This document shows, one piece after another, positions 61,897 to 64,000 of a DNA stretch of 64,000 bases; the first letter of the stretch is position 1, and each line of letters begins with the position of its first letter. Source of the stretch: Lama glama (taxonomy: Eukaryota); assembly GCA_028534125.1 (NCBI GenBank), contig CM052818.1:34102001-34166000 (forward strand). Reading direction: 5' to 3'. The position numbers and the translations under genes are program-made. The notes beneath the pieces were generated by a model, which did no database searches, was not told where the DNA came from, and saw nothing but the letters and a program-made list of their open reading frames with translations.

Positions 61897-64000
61897 TCAG
61901 TCTTCTCTTGCTTTGTCCATGACTGTCTGGCTCTGGTAGAGGTCTCTCCATACTTTTCTGTCCTTTGGAACTACAAATCTTATTGGGGTTTGTAGTCGGA
62001 AGACACAGGCTCTAGGTTGGCGAGGGGGCTGAGAAGACACAGGTGTACAGGCAACTCTTTGGCCTATTTCAAAAATTATGGATATGTCTAAATTTAAACC
62101 TAAGGCTGTGCCCCTCTGGGCCAGGCTTCTGTTTACATACATTTATACTGTAACCCGAGTTTGTGAACTTATCTTTCTAGACGGCATAATTTCATCAAGG
62201 ATATTTTAGAACTATAGTGACCAGTCCAGGCAGACTTCAGCTGGAACAAAATTGAGAGGAGCTTTATAATAAAAAGGGAACTAAGTTTCAAACATCCAGT
62301 TGTTTGCAGGATTACTGGGGCTGAGTTCATTAAGGTTCAGAATGACCTGTCTAAATTTCTACCCAAACTTGCACAAAACTCCCTTAAATCAGAAGCTAAA
62401 GAAGGCCAAAAATAAATAGTCAAAAGCATAATAGAGAAAGGACTTATCATCTCTTGAAGATGTTCTCATAATACCCTTACCCCATGGGTGGGGATATAGA
62501 TTTACTCAAGACCTTGGGGCCATAAATAGAATAGTCATTTCCTGACCAGAACCAAATACTCTTCTTATCTCTAGTACCTCCTGGGGTTGCATATTTTAAA
62601 GTTGTAGGTTCATGTTCTGCTTTCTTTAGTGTCCCTTTAGATCAAAATAGTCAATATTTGTTTGCCTTCTTCTGGGAAAGTCAACAACATACCTGGGCTG
62701 TTACGCCCTAAAGACTTATTGAGGTTATTTCTACTTTTTACGAGTCCTCAACCACAAAATCAAGGACCTTAAATTTCCCTGTGATTCTTTACAGGGACCA
62801 CCTTCTGTCGTATCCTAAAGATGAGGGAAGCTCTGAGACTGATTCTAGCTATCTATTGCTTTCTTTTAGAAAGGGCATAAGGTTTTGAGAGAGAAGTTAC
62901 AATTTTGTCAATGTTAAAGTTCATTACCCAGGCATGATTTATCCCAAGGAGGTAAATCCTTTACTTCTGACTGATCAGAGGTCATTTAAACCTTTCCAAC
63001 TTTTCTGAAATTATCACACTTATAACTTAACATGTCCTTGGTATGCAAATCCCTTCCTTGAGAATCCCAATATGAAGAGGCCTTTTGTGAGTTAAATTAG
63101 CCCTTCAGCAACTGCCACTCCTGGCCCATCTAATCATCATAAACATTTCTATTCGTGTATGTGAGATGTGGACAAGCCTTTGGTGTTACAACTCAACTTC
63201 GTGGGACTCATCAGACATCAAGTCTACTGCAGTCTCTCTTGACCTGTGCCAAGGCCCACTCAGCTCCCCTAAAGGCACCAGCAGCTAGACTAGTGGAGGC
63301 TTTTGTGCATTTGGTTTTAGGATCTCCTTTAAATCTGATGGTCCTCCATGCCGTACAATGTTTGTGGCTCACTAAATATACACATTTCCCAGTAGGTATA
63401 GGCTTACCCCCAGTGAAATCCTATTACTTTTTCTCCCACATATTTCTATTCATTGTAATAATACTTGGAATCCTGCTAACTACATTTATTGATTGATTGA
63501 TTGATTGATTTTTGTTTTTATTTTTTCCTTTTATTTATTTATTTTTTAATAGACTTAATTTTTTTTAGAGCAGTTTCAAGTTTACAGCAGAATTGAGCAG
63601 AAAATACAGAGTTCCCACATAGCCCTCCCCACCCACACATATATACTCCCCTACCCTCAACACCCCTCACCAGTGTGGCATATTTGGTACAATTGATGAA
63701 CCAACACGGGCACATTGTTATCAACCAAAGTCCATAGTTTACATTGGGGTTTACTCTTGATGTTGTACATTCTGTGGGTTTTGACAAATGCATAATGACA
63801 TGTCCTGCTACTCTACTTTTAGATGTCCTGTTCTCAATGAGGTCATTTTGGTCTATTGGTTTCTGCTCCAGGAAAAAGAGATTGTTAGATAATTCGAGAA
63901 GGAGAAAAATGGCTTCATTTAAGAACCAAATCCTTAGCCACTCAAGGGGAATCAGGGTTGCTTTCTTCTCTCCTAACACCACAGGTTTTTCCAGATCTCA
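61897..64000 (+). mobile_element. Decayed class I (ERV1-like) endogenous retrovirus pol remnant, interrupted by L1
   Basis: Translated pieces GYRFTQDLGAINRIV (from about 62492), AFFSVPLDQNSQYLFAFFWESQQHTWAV (in the frame starting 62583), KGHKVLREKLQFCQ (62870), GQAFGVTTQ...LVLGSPLNLMVLHAV (63155 ORF), NPA/PATLL; stops and frameshifts; outer boundaries uncertain. Confidence 0.82.
63488..63802 (-). mobile_element. 5'-truncated L1 (L1MC-type 3' end)
   Basis: Reverse complement ...aatgtaaactatggactttgg...gaaactgctctaaaaaaaattaagtctattaaaaaa with a degenerate A-rich tail; TSD-like flanks. Confidence 0.82.

Noticed and set aside
63539..63982. 147-aa minus-strand ORF
   Set aside because: It spans L1 3'UTR and antisense ERV sequence, so it is not a gene.

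Overview
Mammalian genomic DNA syntenic with the human 2p23.3 block, shown in reverse orientation. From left to right it holds the 5' end of EMILIN1 (-, coding exons 1-3), OST4 (+, 37-aa microprotein), complete AGBL5/CCP5 (-, 14 coding exons, 886 aa), tRNA-Ala(AGC) and intron-containing tRNA-Tyr(GTA) just upstream of the AGBL5 promoter, complete TMEM214 (-, 17 exons, 687 aa) and the coding part of MAPRE3/EB3 (-, 6 coding exons, 281 aa). MAPRE3 intron 1 appears to fill the rest of the window. Exon chains were assembled by hand, and splice phases and frames close for every complete gene. Repeats include MIR, L2, L1, MLT1, MER2, MER20, MER5, three tRNA-Ala-derived SINEs suggesting a camelid host (inference), and a decayed class I ERV pol split by an L1. 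I see no convincing wholly new system. The most interesting signals are a nested ancient ERV/L1 fossil, an AGBL5 intronic-polyadenylation isoform, a GC-AG intron in TMEM214 with a competing out-of-frame GT, overlapping OST4/AGBL5 3' ends, and a palindromic two-strand poly(A) signal. Gene and repeat names come from recall of known sequences, not from database searches.
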